A DNA stretch of 32,000 nt. Origin: Wallemia ichthyophaga EXF-994 (lineage: Eukaryota > Fungi > Basidiomycota). This document shows positions 1 to 10,564 of this stretch, piece after piece. Each line of letters starts with the position of its first letter. Position 1 is the stretch's first letter. The notes under the pieces are model-generated. The model did no database searches and was not told the origin of the DNA. It worked only from the letters and a program-made list of their open reading frames with translations. Location of the stretch: positions 266,107-298,106 of the forward strand of contig NW_008806279.1 of NCBI RefSeq assembly GCF_000400465.1, given 5' to 3'. The translations under genes and the position numbers were made by a program.

Positions 1-359
1 CAATGTGAGTATACGTACTGCCTTTTTCCTGTCTAAACAAACGCATCAGGCCTCTGTTGGAATTGGTGCATGTGGAAGACAACTTGACGAGTCCGACATG
101 GGTGTGGCTTTGAGCACTGAAATGAACTGCAAAGCGTTTTGGTAAGTCTTTCCGAAAAATTGAAGCCTCCAATTAAAATTCAAATGAAAGCGGAATGAAT
201 GTCGAAATCAATAGCAATGGGAACACAATTTCAGCACCTGTTGTCGATTGCTGCCCGGGTTGCAACAGTGATCACATAGACGTAACCCCAAATATCTTTG
301 AGTCTCTTAATATCCCCAAGTCTGAGGGTGTCGCAGATGTCTCATTTTTTCTAGGCTAA
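1..359 (+). CDS. Expansin-like / loosenin-like RlpA double-psi beta-barrel protein, 3' part (5' end outside window)
   Basis: Manual splice: intron 5..49, exon 50..141, intron 142..190, exon 191..359. Translation ASVGIGACGRQLDESDMGVALS...CGMNVEINSNGNTISAPVVDCCPGCNSDHIDVTPNIFESL...EGVADVSFFLG* carries the GACG and V.D.CP.C...HID motifs typical of fungal DPBB expansin-like proteins. Confidence 0.85.
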
Positions 360-1900
360 CTGGAAATGACGTTCTCTTTCTAGCAAATCACTTGCGCAAT
401 AGAAGACGACCATCCGCAGACCATCTCCATCTTTACCAGGAAAAGAGTAAAGCGAGTTAACAAAGCATCAGATTGGAATGCTATGTTTCCTAAAAACTTT
501 GTGCAATACACATTTATGCAGAATACGCGTTGAGAAAACAATGACTGCTTGGCAAGATGTGTTTACAAGAAGCCCCCTCGGAAATTGCGGATGCATCTAT
601 TTGTTTTTTAACCTGTTTCTACATTTTCCATTTCGCACCATACGCCGTCCTCGTCATCCATTGTTCGCAATGTCCCAAACCATCGAGTATAATTCTATAG
701 ACTCTTAACAAAAAAGCCCAATGTATTTGCCAGTCTTATTCACGCCAAATCCATCTTCTTCCCTGATCTGGAACCAAGGAATGGCATGTTTGAATCCAAG
801 CTGAGTGTTAGTGGTGCGAATATGGCCAATTCTGATAACTATCTGTAACAATGAATATTTGAGAGTTATATAGCTGTGTACGATATATGAGGCGTTGTGC
901 AGAGCCCTAATCACCCTCAAGAAGCTCTGATACCTAGTAAAGTCATCTCATAAGCCAATTAATGTCCCAAAAATGGAAGTCTGCATTTAAATGCTTCTGA
1001 GAGTCTAAAGCATCCTCAATCACTCCTCTACCCCCATCATTTGAAATCTTGAAATGCACACTGTTCAGAAGCCAAACTCCCAATTTCAGAGTTGGCCTGA
1101 CCCCCACTTTTCTTTACATGAATTGCATCTAATTGGTATGCTACGATCGCATGTATAGTACTTTTTTCCTTGGAGCTAGCATTAAGTCCTGTGGACGCTA
1201 CTTTTCAGAAAACATAAATCGCGTCTAAAAGGATGAATCCGTGAAATATTGGGAGCTGGTCTTTATCGGCTAGCCATACTTGTTTTTATCAGTGATGCAT
1301 GTACAATACTCCATATCTACCCTTAAGCGTGCTCCAGAGCCATTTCAGATTAAAACTTCCAAACAGCCTACAGGGCGCCATTGGTACCTCAGAGATAAAA
1401 TTCTGGCTTAATCTTAAAAAGATCATTCAGAAGTATATTTAAAGCCTTTTTAATTGGATATTAACAATACTCGTAAATCAGCCATCTGAGATGAAATAGG
1501 TATTAGTCGGGAAATCCAACTCGGTGGGAATTGAGCAGAGGACTGATATGCAGACGTATTTGTAATTATGAAGATACTATGGAAATTATGGTGTTGCTGA
1601 ATCTTTCAAATTGTCAGTACACAGTATCCCTGTATCCGTCTTCTCACTTGCTTGGTTTTTCAGGGTACTTCGAGCAGATATTATTAATAGAATAACCGAT
1701 TAATGTTTCAAGTGTTCAATAGTTTCAAAAAAAAGTAGCTAACGTACCCTTTAAAGTCATTAACACATCTTGAAGTCATCACAGTGACATAGAGCCGAGT
1801 CGTAAATTTGGTGGTGCGGTGCAACCATAATATTGAGCATCACAATAAAATATATAAAGTATTACGAGAAAAGTTATCAAAAAGGTAAACATTCAATGAA
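351..1900. other. Unannotated ~1.6 kb block between convergent gene ends; CpG-poor, possibly a decayed gene or element
   Basis: No ORF above ~76 aa and frequent stops in all frames. There is no CpG in 895..1143. Other convergent gaps in this window are only 85-250 bp. Confidence 0.3.
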
Positions 1901-1944
1901 AAAGTACAAATTATCCGAGTGATATCATCGACTCTGTGCGCACC

Positions 1945-2312
1945 TTAAACAAGTGGAATTGGAGAGCAGTTGATGTTGATGAGACCGTTTTGGGTGGTAC
2001 CTTCACAACAGCTGGTGGTAGTCTTACACATATCTTGAATGGCAACACTGAGGACAGGTACTTGGCTACATTGGAGACCAACTTGACCAAGAAGTTCTGG
2101 GATATCTATGAGAGAGGCAGTTCCTTCGTCGAGATCCTTGACGTCCTTGATTTCGTTACTGACGTTTGTGTTAGGTACGAACTCCTGAGCGAAAAAGATC
2201 AATATACTCACCAGCACTTGACGTTTTCGACGGCACAGTCACCGACCTTCTCAGTAGCGAAGACGGCACCAGCGAGGGAAGCAATGAGAGCGATTGAGGT
2301 AGCACGAGTCAT
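1945..2312 (-). CDS. Class I hydrophobin, 104 aa, secreted, acidic
   Basis: complement(join(1945..2158,2212..2312)). MTRATSIALIASLAGAVFA signal peptide, then 8 Cys spaced C-X6-CC-X29-C-X13-C-X5-CC-X12-C, which is the class I pattern. Confidence 0.95.
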
Positions 2313-2727
2313 GTTGATGGAAGATGTAGTTGTTGATGAAAAGAGGAGATCATACTGGTGCGTTTCTTATTTCGCAGCTACGGCGATATTTGCGAACATG
2401 AATTGCTTGTTCATTTCCATTTAAGGCGCTGAATGCAATTGAAACAACTAATTTGCGTTCAATTGAGTCACGCATTTGGTATTTTAATAAAGGAATTAAT
2501 TCTGGGCTTTGAGCCTTAATTAAATGCTACATTAAAAAGCATCCACTGAACGTAGCAAAAAAAGCCCTAATGAATGTATACCTACGCTGTCGGCAGCGTG
2601 TTGAGAACTGGAAGGACGGATATAAAAATTATATTCACATGTTATGTTACAGTCTAGTCAAAGAGTGTGGAAAAATAGACAAAATTTGGCGTGTACCGGG
2701 TAAATATTTGATACGGTGCTCTTTCGA

Positions 2728-2743
2728 AGTGAGTGAGTGAGTG
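2728..2743 (+). repeat. (AGTG)4 microsatellite abutting the COQ2 start codon
   Basis: AGTGAGTGAGTGAGTG directly before the ATG at 2744. Confidence 0.8.
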
Positions 2744-3878
2744 ATGATAAGATTCGCGGGGTTAGCAAGGCCGCACAAAAGCTGCCATACGAGCTTGTTG
2801 CTGAAACTGCGCGTAAAGTCGCGTCTTAGTTCTACGACACCAGCCAACGCGGCACAGCCCAAAGAGTCTGTCATCCTCCGCAATCTTCCTACCAAATGGA
2901 GACCATATTTCCTCTTATCCAGAGCAGACAAGCCAATCGGAAGCTTCCTGCTATTCTGGCCATGTGGTGAGCCTTCCCCTAAGTCACTGCGTTTTCCATC
3001 TCAACTATTGCAGCATGGTCTATCACTCTTGCCTCGAGTGCAACGCAAACGACTCCGACAGAGATGCTCAAATACATCGCACTGTTTGGCACTGGCTCTC
3101 TTATTATGAGAGGCGCTGGATGCGTGATCAACGATCTCTGGGATCGTAAACTAGACGCAGCAGTCGAGCGCACAAAGACAAGACCTTTAGCTGCAGGTGA
3201 TTTGACTCCCACTCAGGCAGTGGGATTCTTGGGATTGCAGTTATCAGCCGGTCTGGGTATTCTTACTCAACTGAACGTGTACAGGTGGGTGCAAGACTGA
3301 CTCTCACATATCTCTAAATAGATGATAGCATTCTGCTCGGTGCATCATCGCTCTCTCTTGTCTCTATCTACCCCTTCATGAAGCGTATCACATACTGGCC
3401 GCAAGCCGTGCTCGGATTGGCATTTAACTGGGGTGCTCTACTAGGTTACTCAGCTATCGCGGGATCATGCGCCTGGCAGACTGTACTGCCACTCTACACT
3501 GGTGCATTCTGTTGGACAATCGTCTATGACACCATCTACGCACATCAAGACAAAACGGACGACGTATACGCAGGTATAAAGTCAACGGCGCTTCTCTTTG
3601 GCGAGCAGACTAAACCTGCTCTCACACTCTTCTCGGGTGGTTTCGTCGGTCTCATGTCTGTCGCTGGTTATGCCGCTGATGCTACCCTTCCCTTCTATCT
3701 TCTGGCGCCTGGCGGTGCAGCTGTCCACTTAGCATGGCAACTCAGAACAGTCAATCTTGATAACCCCACCGACTGCTGGGCAAAGTTTGTCAGTAATTCT
3801 AAACTGGGTGGTTTCATTTGGCTAGGTACGCTCGCCGACTACCTTCATAGAATGGGTTTCTTCGCTGTTTTCTTTTAG
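2744..3878 (+). CDS. COQ2: 4-hydroxybenzoate polyprenyltransferase (UbiA family), 347 aa
   Basis: join(2744..2966,3014..3284,3329..3878). Motifs [40 protein letters not shown] and [13 protein letters not shown]; basic N-terminus resembling a mitochondrial presequence. Confidence 0.95.
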
Positions 3879-3968
3879 ATATATATACATTGTCATATCA
3901 ATAGTTGTACTTCAGCTCCTCTAAGGAACATGATTTCATAAGTTAACTTTATACATTACTTTTTCCTT

Positions 3969-6900
3969 TTAGAGCACGCTGTAGCGACCCATTGTTTGGT
4001 TTTTGCCGTCGAACTCAAGGGCTGCTTGTGTAGCTTCAATAAGTATCGACTTAATTGAACGTACTGCCTTTTCGACCTGTACTTCTGGGTAAGCCATAGG
4101 ACGCACTGCAACACAATACTTACCCTCTCCGGTTCGTTCGACTCAACTAGCAAGTGCAGCTTCGGATGCTCGCTCAGTGCTGGTTCTTTACCAGCTTCGT
4201 AATAGATACCCTTGTTAGTGATCGAGCATCCAGTTGTCTCATTGAGATAGACAATAGTTTCCTTGTTGGTGATCTTCCATCTTGCACGCTGATGATAGTC
4301 ATTGATTGGTACGATCGCATGATAATCGGTAGCATCAGGATCTTTGTTCTTAATCGGACCGTTAGGTGGCGGCGCAGCAGCTGCGCCACGTTGCATACTA
4401 ATCTTAGCCGCAACAGCAGCAGCTTTCGCGACTGCGGAGTTAGCGTTTTCTGGTTTAATGTCGCTAGTGTCGGGTGTAGATGCAGATGCAGCACCAGTAT
4501 TGAGTGGCTTATAATCAGCAGGTGCTGGACCCTTCTGGATTTTGATCTCACCAAACATATCTTCTGTCTCTTTGGATACTTTCTCATTTGTAGCTGCGTT
4601 CGTATTGCCATCCTTTTTAACTTCCTCCTCTTCGCCGTAGGCACTTCTCTGCGCTTTTTCGAGGTCTTGACGCTCCTTCTCGAATCTGTCAAGACCCTTA
4701 CCACCAAATCCTGAGCCGGCTACTGTCGCTTTGCCCTCCTTCACCTTCATCAGGAATGCTTCGGACATGGCTTTCAGCTCGGAGGGTACATTTGCACCCG
4801 ATGCTGTGAGAGCTTTCTCAATATCAACGGAATATTTCTCTTGTTCTGGTGTAATAAAGGTGATGCACGTGCCTTTGTTTCCTGCTCTACCAGTTCGACC
4901 AGCTCTGTGAACATAATCCTCTAGATGATTCGGTGTGTCGTAGTTTAATACTAATTTCAGCAACTTTACGTCTAATCCTCTCGCTGCGACCGAAGTGGCT
5001 ATCACTATTGGTATAACTCCATTTTTGAAGTCTGTGATGGCCTGATCTCTATCCACCTGATCTTTTCCACCGTGTAAACTCATCGCTACGTATCCTTTCA
5101 TACGTAAATTGAATAGCAAGTTGTCAGCTGCTTCCTGTCTATCGACGAAGATGAGTGTTCTAGCATCATCATCTTCATTGTATGTCTGTCCAAGTACTTC
5201 TAGCAGTCTGTTGAACTTGGAAGACTCTTCTCTAACTTCAACCTGCTGGTCAATTTCAGGCGCGACAACAGATCTACCACCAACAGTAATCTCTAGTGGC
5301 CTTTGCAGAATTTTTCTAGCTAGTGACTCCATCTGTTTCGGGAAAGTAGCTGAAAATAGGACTGTCTGTCTGTCTGGTCGGACATTATTGATAATCTTCA
5401 TTACCTGTGGCTCGAAACCCATATCAAACATTCTGTCAGCTTCGTCGAGTACCAAATACGTAGTTCTGCGCAAATTGGTAACTCTGCCAGAGTTTGCAGT
5501 CAACAGATCAATCATACGACCAGGAGTACAGACAACGATCTCTGCACCTTTCTTCATCTCTGCTATTTGTTCACTGATTGGTGAACCACCATATGCTGCA
5601 ATTGCCCTCAAACCCAATGCTTTGAGGAACGGCTTACATTCACGATGGATCTGTACGGCGAGTTCTCTGGTTGGCGTCATTATCACACCTATTGGACCCT
5701 CCAGATTCTCAATTGGACGCTGATCTTTTATGTGACGGAAAAGTGGCAGCAAGAAGGCTATTGTTTTACCAGAACCGGTCTTGGCAACACCAATGACATC
5801 CCTACCACTCATGATAGCCGGCAAAGCTTGAGATTGTATGGATGACGGCTGCTCATACTGAAGGAACTTGATCACCTCGAGACAGGATGAAGGCAAACCG
5901 AGTAACGACCATTTGGTCACTGGCTTTGGACACTCAACACCACGAATTTTAATACCGTCGAGAATTAAACGCTGATTGTCAGCCTCTTCTTCTGACATAT
6001 TTTGCACTTCAGATGGTGGATTGTAGAATTGCTTCCTAAATGGCTCGTATTGAACTTTGTCATGATCAGTGACGGCGATCTCTTTCCGTTTGACTCTGCT
6101 AGCCGCTAAAGCTAGAATATCTTCAGCTGACATTTTGGAAACATCCTCCTCCTTCTTCTCCTCTTCCTCTTCATCGTCTGCGTCGTCAAAACGAGCAGCT
6201 GTAGTTGAAGAGTTTGAAACATCACCCATACGCTTCTTGTCAGACTCGTTGACGCGGCTAACCTCACTTTTAACACCGCTCATGAAAGCATCGAGTGGGT
6301 CTTCATCTTCCTCCTCTTGAGCAGCTTCGTCAACGTCCATCTTGTCACCTTTATCAGCTTGATCCTCAGTTGACTCTAAATCGCCGCCGATATTTTCAGT
6401 TGGTGCTGAGGATTGTACTGGTGGTAAAGTGTGCATAGCTAAGCCGCTTGACTCTTCGTCATCGTCCATAGTCGCAGCTTTTGTGGTGATGTTGCGATTT
6501 GTGAAGCCTTTCAATCCTAAAGAGATGGGTTTTTGTGATGAAGCCTGTTGAGATGGATTGTTCGGAGGAATGGGAGATGCAGTGGCTGATGGGCCTGGAG
6601 ACTGACTTGCGCCATCTTTAGCCTTTGCAGCTTTACGAGCAGCCAAGAAGGCTTCCATGCGCTTCTTTCTGTCTTCTGTCTTTTCTTTAGGTTGTGAGGC
6701 AGCCTCTGCAGGCTTATCCGGGAGTCTATCGCTTCTGTCACGTCTATCGGAGCGTGGGGGTGACCTGGAAGAATGATGAATGGGAAAGATAAGCTGGGCT
6801 GTTAATCAGCTCACCTTGACCTCATCCTGTGCCTATCTCTGTTGCGTCTATCTCTATCTCTATCTCTCTCCCTTTCTCTCTCGCGCTCACGTCTGTCACG

Positions 6901-6990
6901 TTCACGCCCAGATCTGTGGTAGTCTGGCTCGCCATCTCTATCGCGGCGGTATCTTTTATTTGATTCAGGCGATGAAGTACGAGCTGGCAT
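3969..6990 (-). CDS. PRP5: Pre-mRNA-processing DEAD-box helicase Prp5/DDX46, 974 aa
   Basis: complement(join(3969..4076,4124..6764,6815..6990)). RD/RE-rich N-terminus, DPLDAFM motif, [21 protein letters not shown] and [10 protein letters not shown] motifs, C-terminal IND...ARW KH-like region. The ORF-track C-terminus is an intron read-through; the spliced end is VEKAVRSIK...GRYSVL*. Confidence 0.95.
6833..6885 (-). repeat. Low-complexity (TCTATC)n/(TC)n tract encoding the RE/RD dipeptide repeat of Prp5
   Basis: TCTATC x3 at 6847..6864 plus TC runs; translates on the minus strand to [14 protein letters not shown]. Confidence 0.8.
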
Positions 6991-7848
6991 CGATTTACCT
7001 GTTTGAGCAGATGACGGTAGTTGGTCAAGAAGCGAATACACATTAAATTCCAGCGACTTGTAATGCTGTGAATGCTTATTGGGATTATTATTCAATTCAG
7101 GCTTACTGAGGTTGATTACACGTTGCGCATCTCTTAGCGTCTTACCATCATGTGGATTTTAAGTGTAATATGGCTTGGAGATATATGTAGCTAGATTTAG
7201 TGGTTTATCGGATAGCAGTCACGTAATCAGTTCTTTATTCTGTGAAGAAACCACCTCAGAAGACCAAATGAAACCAGGCCATTACATGATTTTTTTAGTT
7301 GATTGATATTTTATAATCTCCCACATACATCTTATATCTCCCCCAAAAGCCCCCACTTGAAAATCTTTGCACCTGCTTTTCACATTGATTTTCACTATGT
7401 TAATATTACGCCTGCAAAAATTTTGAAAGTATGTTTATACGCGTCTGTAGAGTATTGGTTATGTGGCGAGAGTACTTCTCATGTATTTCTTAGTGCGTGT
7501 GTGACATATAGCCCGAAATACATCTAGAGAAAGACTTCCTAGCGACGCGAAAAGAGCTTTAAGTGAGCTTCAAAGTCTTTGGATATAAGCGTGCTTCTAT
7601 TGGCACCAATTAAAAGACCTCGTGACCTCCCCTTTATCCCACCACAACCTGCTGGATGGCGTTATTAAAATTTAACTAAACAAATTTTGCAAAATATTTT
7701 CTTAAAAATACAAATCATTTAGATTCTTAACCCCTGTACCACACCTCAATCCGCCATCGCTCGATTTTACAATTTTCATGAAATCTCGCGGCTGCAAAAA
7801 AATTCATCTCTCTCAACTCAACTATCAAAGAAAGAGCGCCGGTGCGAA

Positions 7849-9346
7849 ATGGACGATCAGCTGCAATATTTTGAACAGTTAAATAGCTTTCAAGTCGCGA
7901 ATCCACGCTGCCATTCGTGCTCAAAGGCTTTCGTCAATGAAGGCGATCTTCGAGCGCATCTGCGAGAGGAATGTACAGAGACTATGCCAATTGCAGAGAT
8001 TGATTATTTGAGAAGTTGGTCGCTGTTTTAGTCAAGTTTTTTACTCATTACGTATCTTAGGCGCGAGCAACGACATCGCCGTATCTCAGAACCTTTGGTA
8101 TGGTGACCAAAATTCAAATGCCAATGAAAGACAGCAAAATACTTTTTCTGTTCACGCTGAACCCTCCCATCACCTTCTCAACGATGTCCACGATATTAAA
8201 GAGAACGGCAGTGAAGAAGACGCTGCTTATGATGAAGACGGCGTAGGCGACGATTCCATGTCCGCTCTTCCACCAGCCATGAGGCCTACCGTTGCTCCTA
8301 TTTTCCAAGACCAGACTCTGGGATTCAGGATGATTGAGTCTCCAGACACTCAGATCAAGGGCGAGAACATGATGGCTAGGAGATCAAATTTCCCTGCTTA
8401 CGATGAGTCTAAGTACAATACCGCTGAGGAGGCAATGGCCCATGCACTCTCCCAGGTTCCAGACCAGGCTGATCCCCGTCCTTTCAAATGTCCAAACCCA
8501 GAGTGCTCAAAGACTTGGAAAAATAGGAATGGCTTGAAGTACCATATCAATCACGGCAACTGCAACGGTGTACTCAAAACTCTCAGTCGCGACGAAGCTG
8601 CTGTTTCAGAACGTCCATATGCTTGTCCAGTCCCTGGTTGCAACAAGCGCTGGAAGAACGCCAACGGCTTCAGATACCACATGGATCACTCAGGCGCACA
8701 CGGAAGATCAGCTAGGAGGTTGCATGAGGCGTCAGGCGGTTTTGCTGGCAAGTCCAATTTGCAATCAGTCTCAACGCCACAACCAAAGCAACCAAAGGGT
8801 ACGCGTCGCTCTTCTAGACGCTCCTCCAGGCGTATTCAATATGATGAAGATGAAGAGGCTGCCGACGACGACGATGTGGAAGAAGAAGATGATTATGGTG
8901 ACGAAGAAGATGACGATGATGATGATGACGATGTTGAAGAAGAGGACGATGCGTATGGGTATCCGGATGATAATGTTCCATTCAATGTACCCGAGCCATC
9001 GACATCTGCCTTGCCACATCCCAACCAAGATCAAATACATTTCCCTCCCTCAATGCAGCATCATGGAAGTGAGATTAGCAATGCAAAATCATTCCCTACC
9101 ATTGATAGGGGATACGCTAATGACAATGGAGATGGCAAATCATTCGAAGTAAACCCAGTGAATCCGTTGCCGTCATTCGAGCCAACACCTGATCATGGCC
9201 CAGTGAATCAATTGCCATCATTTGAACAAACGTCTCATCAAGGTTCAGTGATACATGACCAGTCGCAACTTGACTCGCTGGATTTCTCAGCTGTTGACGA
9301 AGCCAGCATAATGAACTCAAAGCAACCCGAAGAATCAGTAAATTAA
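7849..9346 (+). CDS. Sfp1/JAZF1-like C2H2 zinc-finger transcription factor, 483 aa
   Basis: join(7849..8014,8061..9346). N-terminal CxxC...H....C finger, then RPFKCPNPECSKTWKNRNGLKYH and RPYACPVPGCNKRWKNANGFRYH, matching the Sfp1-type K.N.NG.KYH fingers, then a long Asp/Glu tract. Orthology to SFP1 is not established. Confidence 0.8.
9155..9244 (+). repeat. In-frame 45-bp tandem duplication (2 degenerate copies) in the zinc-finger gene
   Basis: The units at 9155..9199 and 9200..9244 encode PVNPLPSFEPTPDHG and PVNQLPSFEQTSHQG. Confidence 0.8.
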
Positions 9347-9431
9347 ATGAGCGCAACTTGCATTAAAAGGTCCTCAAACTTCTTTCCTAAATACTTGTAT
9401 TACAAATGTATTTTTGTTGTATGACAATCGC

Positions 9432-10249
9432 CTAGTTTATCCTAGAATATTCTATTATGTCTATAGTAGCTTTGCTGAGTATTTCGTCTACGTCTAGCTT
9501 GGTAGAGTCGTAGATGTGGATGTCTCGCACGTATGGCGTTGGAACACCAGCTTCTGGATCGCCATTAACAAAGACATCTTTGTGAGCTTTGATGCTGGTA
9601 TTTCTGGTGAGGCGGTGTGTTTTACGATTTCGCATCACTTACTACGCTGGCCAGACAATATCGTCGAAATAAAAAGGCGGATCTATCCACACATCGCCTT
9701 CTTTAGCCAGTTAGCTCGTTGAATGCGGACGCAGAGCAACGCACCAGCTGTAGCATAGCCCTCTCTAAGCGATCTGCGGTGCTTGAGGGTGCCTTTATCT
9801 GCGTTGAGAAATATCCGCACATCCAACAAATCGAGTACCGTTTTGTTATAGAAGCAGAGGAATCCATCTAAGAGTGCGTAGACGACATCATCGGACATCT
9901 CCTTGGCTTTCTTCTGCAGTGCTATCTCTTTAGCGTTGAGCTCGTTGCTTACTAGATTAGTCTGCGAAGGCGGGTGCAAGTGATCGTGCGATTTGTGGGA
10001 AGTTGGCAGCATTCCCTGTGCTTTGACATGCTGCAACACCTCAATCAATCTATCCCATTCAATTGAACTATCTGGATCATCCCAGTTCTGCACATTGTGC
10101 GTGGGATCTACGGGAATTTGCTCATTTGGTGGTGCGAAATCGTCCTGATGGATTATGAACGACTGGGGAAGCACGTTGAGCAGCTTCTTAGATAGCGTCG
10201 TCTTCCCCGATGAAGAGCTACCGCCTACGCCGACTAGAATTATTTTCAT
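9432..10249 (-). CDS. NRK1: Nicotinamide riboside kinase, 241 aa
   Basis: complement(join(9432..9594,9643..9700,9745..10249)). P-loop GGSSSSGKTT, IHQDDF, NWDDP, DGFL, RR..R.GY and W.DPPFYFDDIVWPAY motifs. Confidence 0.9.
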
Positions 10250-10564
10250 GGTGGTGATGGAAGTTGATATGATAACGAATCCACAATCGCGGTGGGATTA
10301 TCACGTGGCTCATTTGTGTACCCTTCCATATTTACGCACTCTAATCTGTGACTTATTTAACCATAATGTCAAGGTGCGCTGCTTTGTTTCTGCTCACAGA
10401 TCTGCAGCGATGCCAAGTCAATTGAGATTTTGCTGTGAATTAGTGTAAAAATACAAAGTGTATATTCCTGCCATGCTATTTACCTTGTTAATGCGCTTTT
10501 TGTTTGTGTTTTCGGGTACTTCCAAGCATGTGTTTCTCTTCAGCTGTATCAGCTATCATAAGAA

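Noticed and set aside
360-1900. Transposase or retroelement remnant, e.g. GHIRTTNTQLG resembling a Mutator RTTN motif
   Set aside because: A four-residue resemblance only. I found no DDE or RT motifs, terminal repeats or target-site duplication in six-frame reading of most of the block.
1936-2424. 162-aa plus-strand ORF covering the hydrophobin gene antisense
   Set aside because: GTG start, no recognisable motif, and fully explained as the antisense shadow of the hydrophobin CDS.
4154-5723. Long antisense and alternate-frame ORFs (186, 177 and 204 aa) within PRP5
   Set aside because: Shadow frames of a conserved helicase CDS; no start context or motifs of their own.
6991-7848. 858-bp PRP5/zinc-finger divergent intergenic region with one ACGCGT (7439..7444) and ACGCGAAAA (7545..7553), plus small ORFs
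   Set aside because: Scattered single sites are near chance expectation and neither flanking gene is a classical MBF target. The ORFs are short and not protein-like, and I saw no ncRNA structure.
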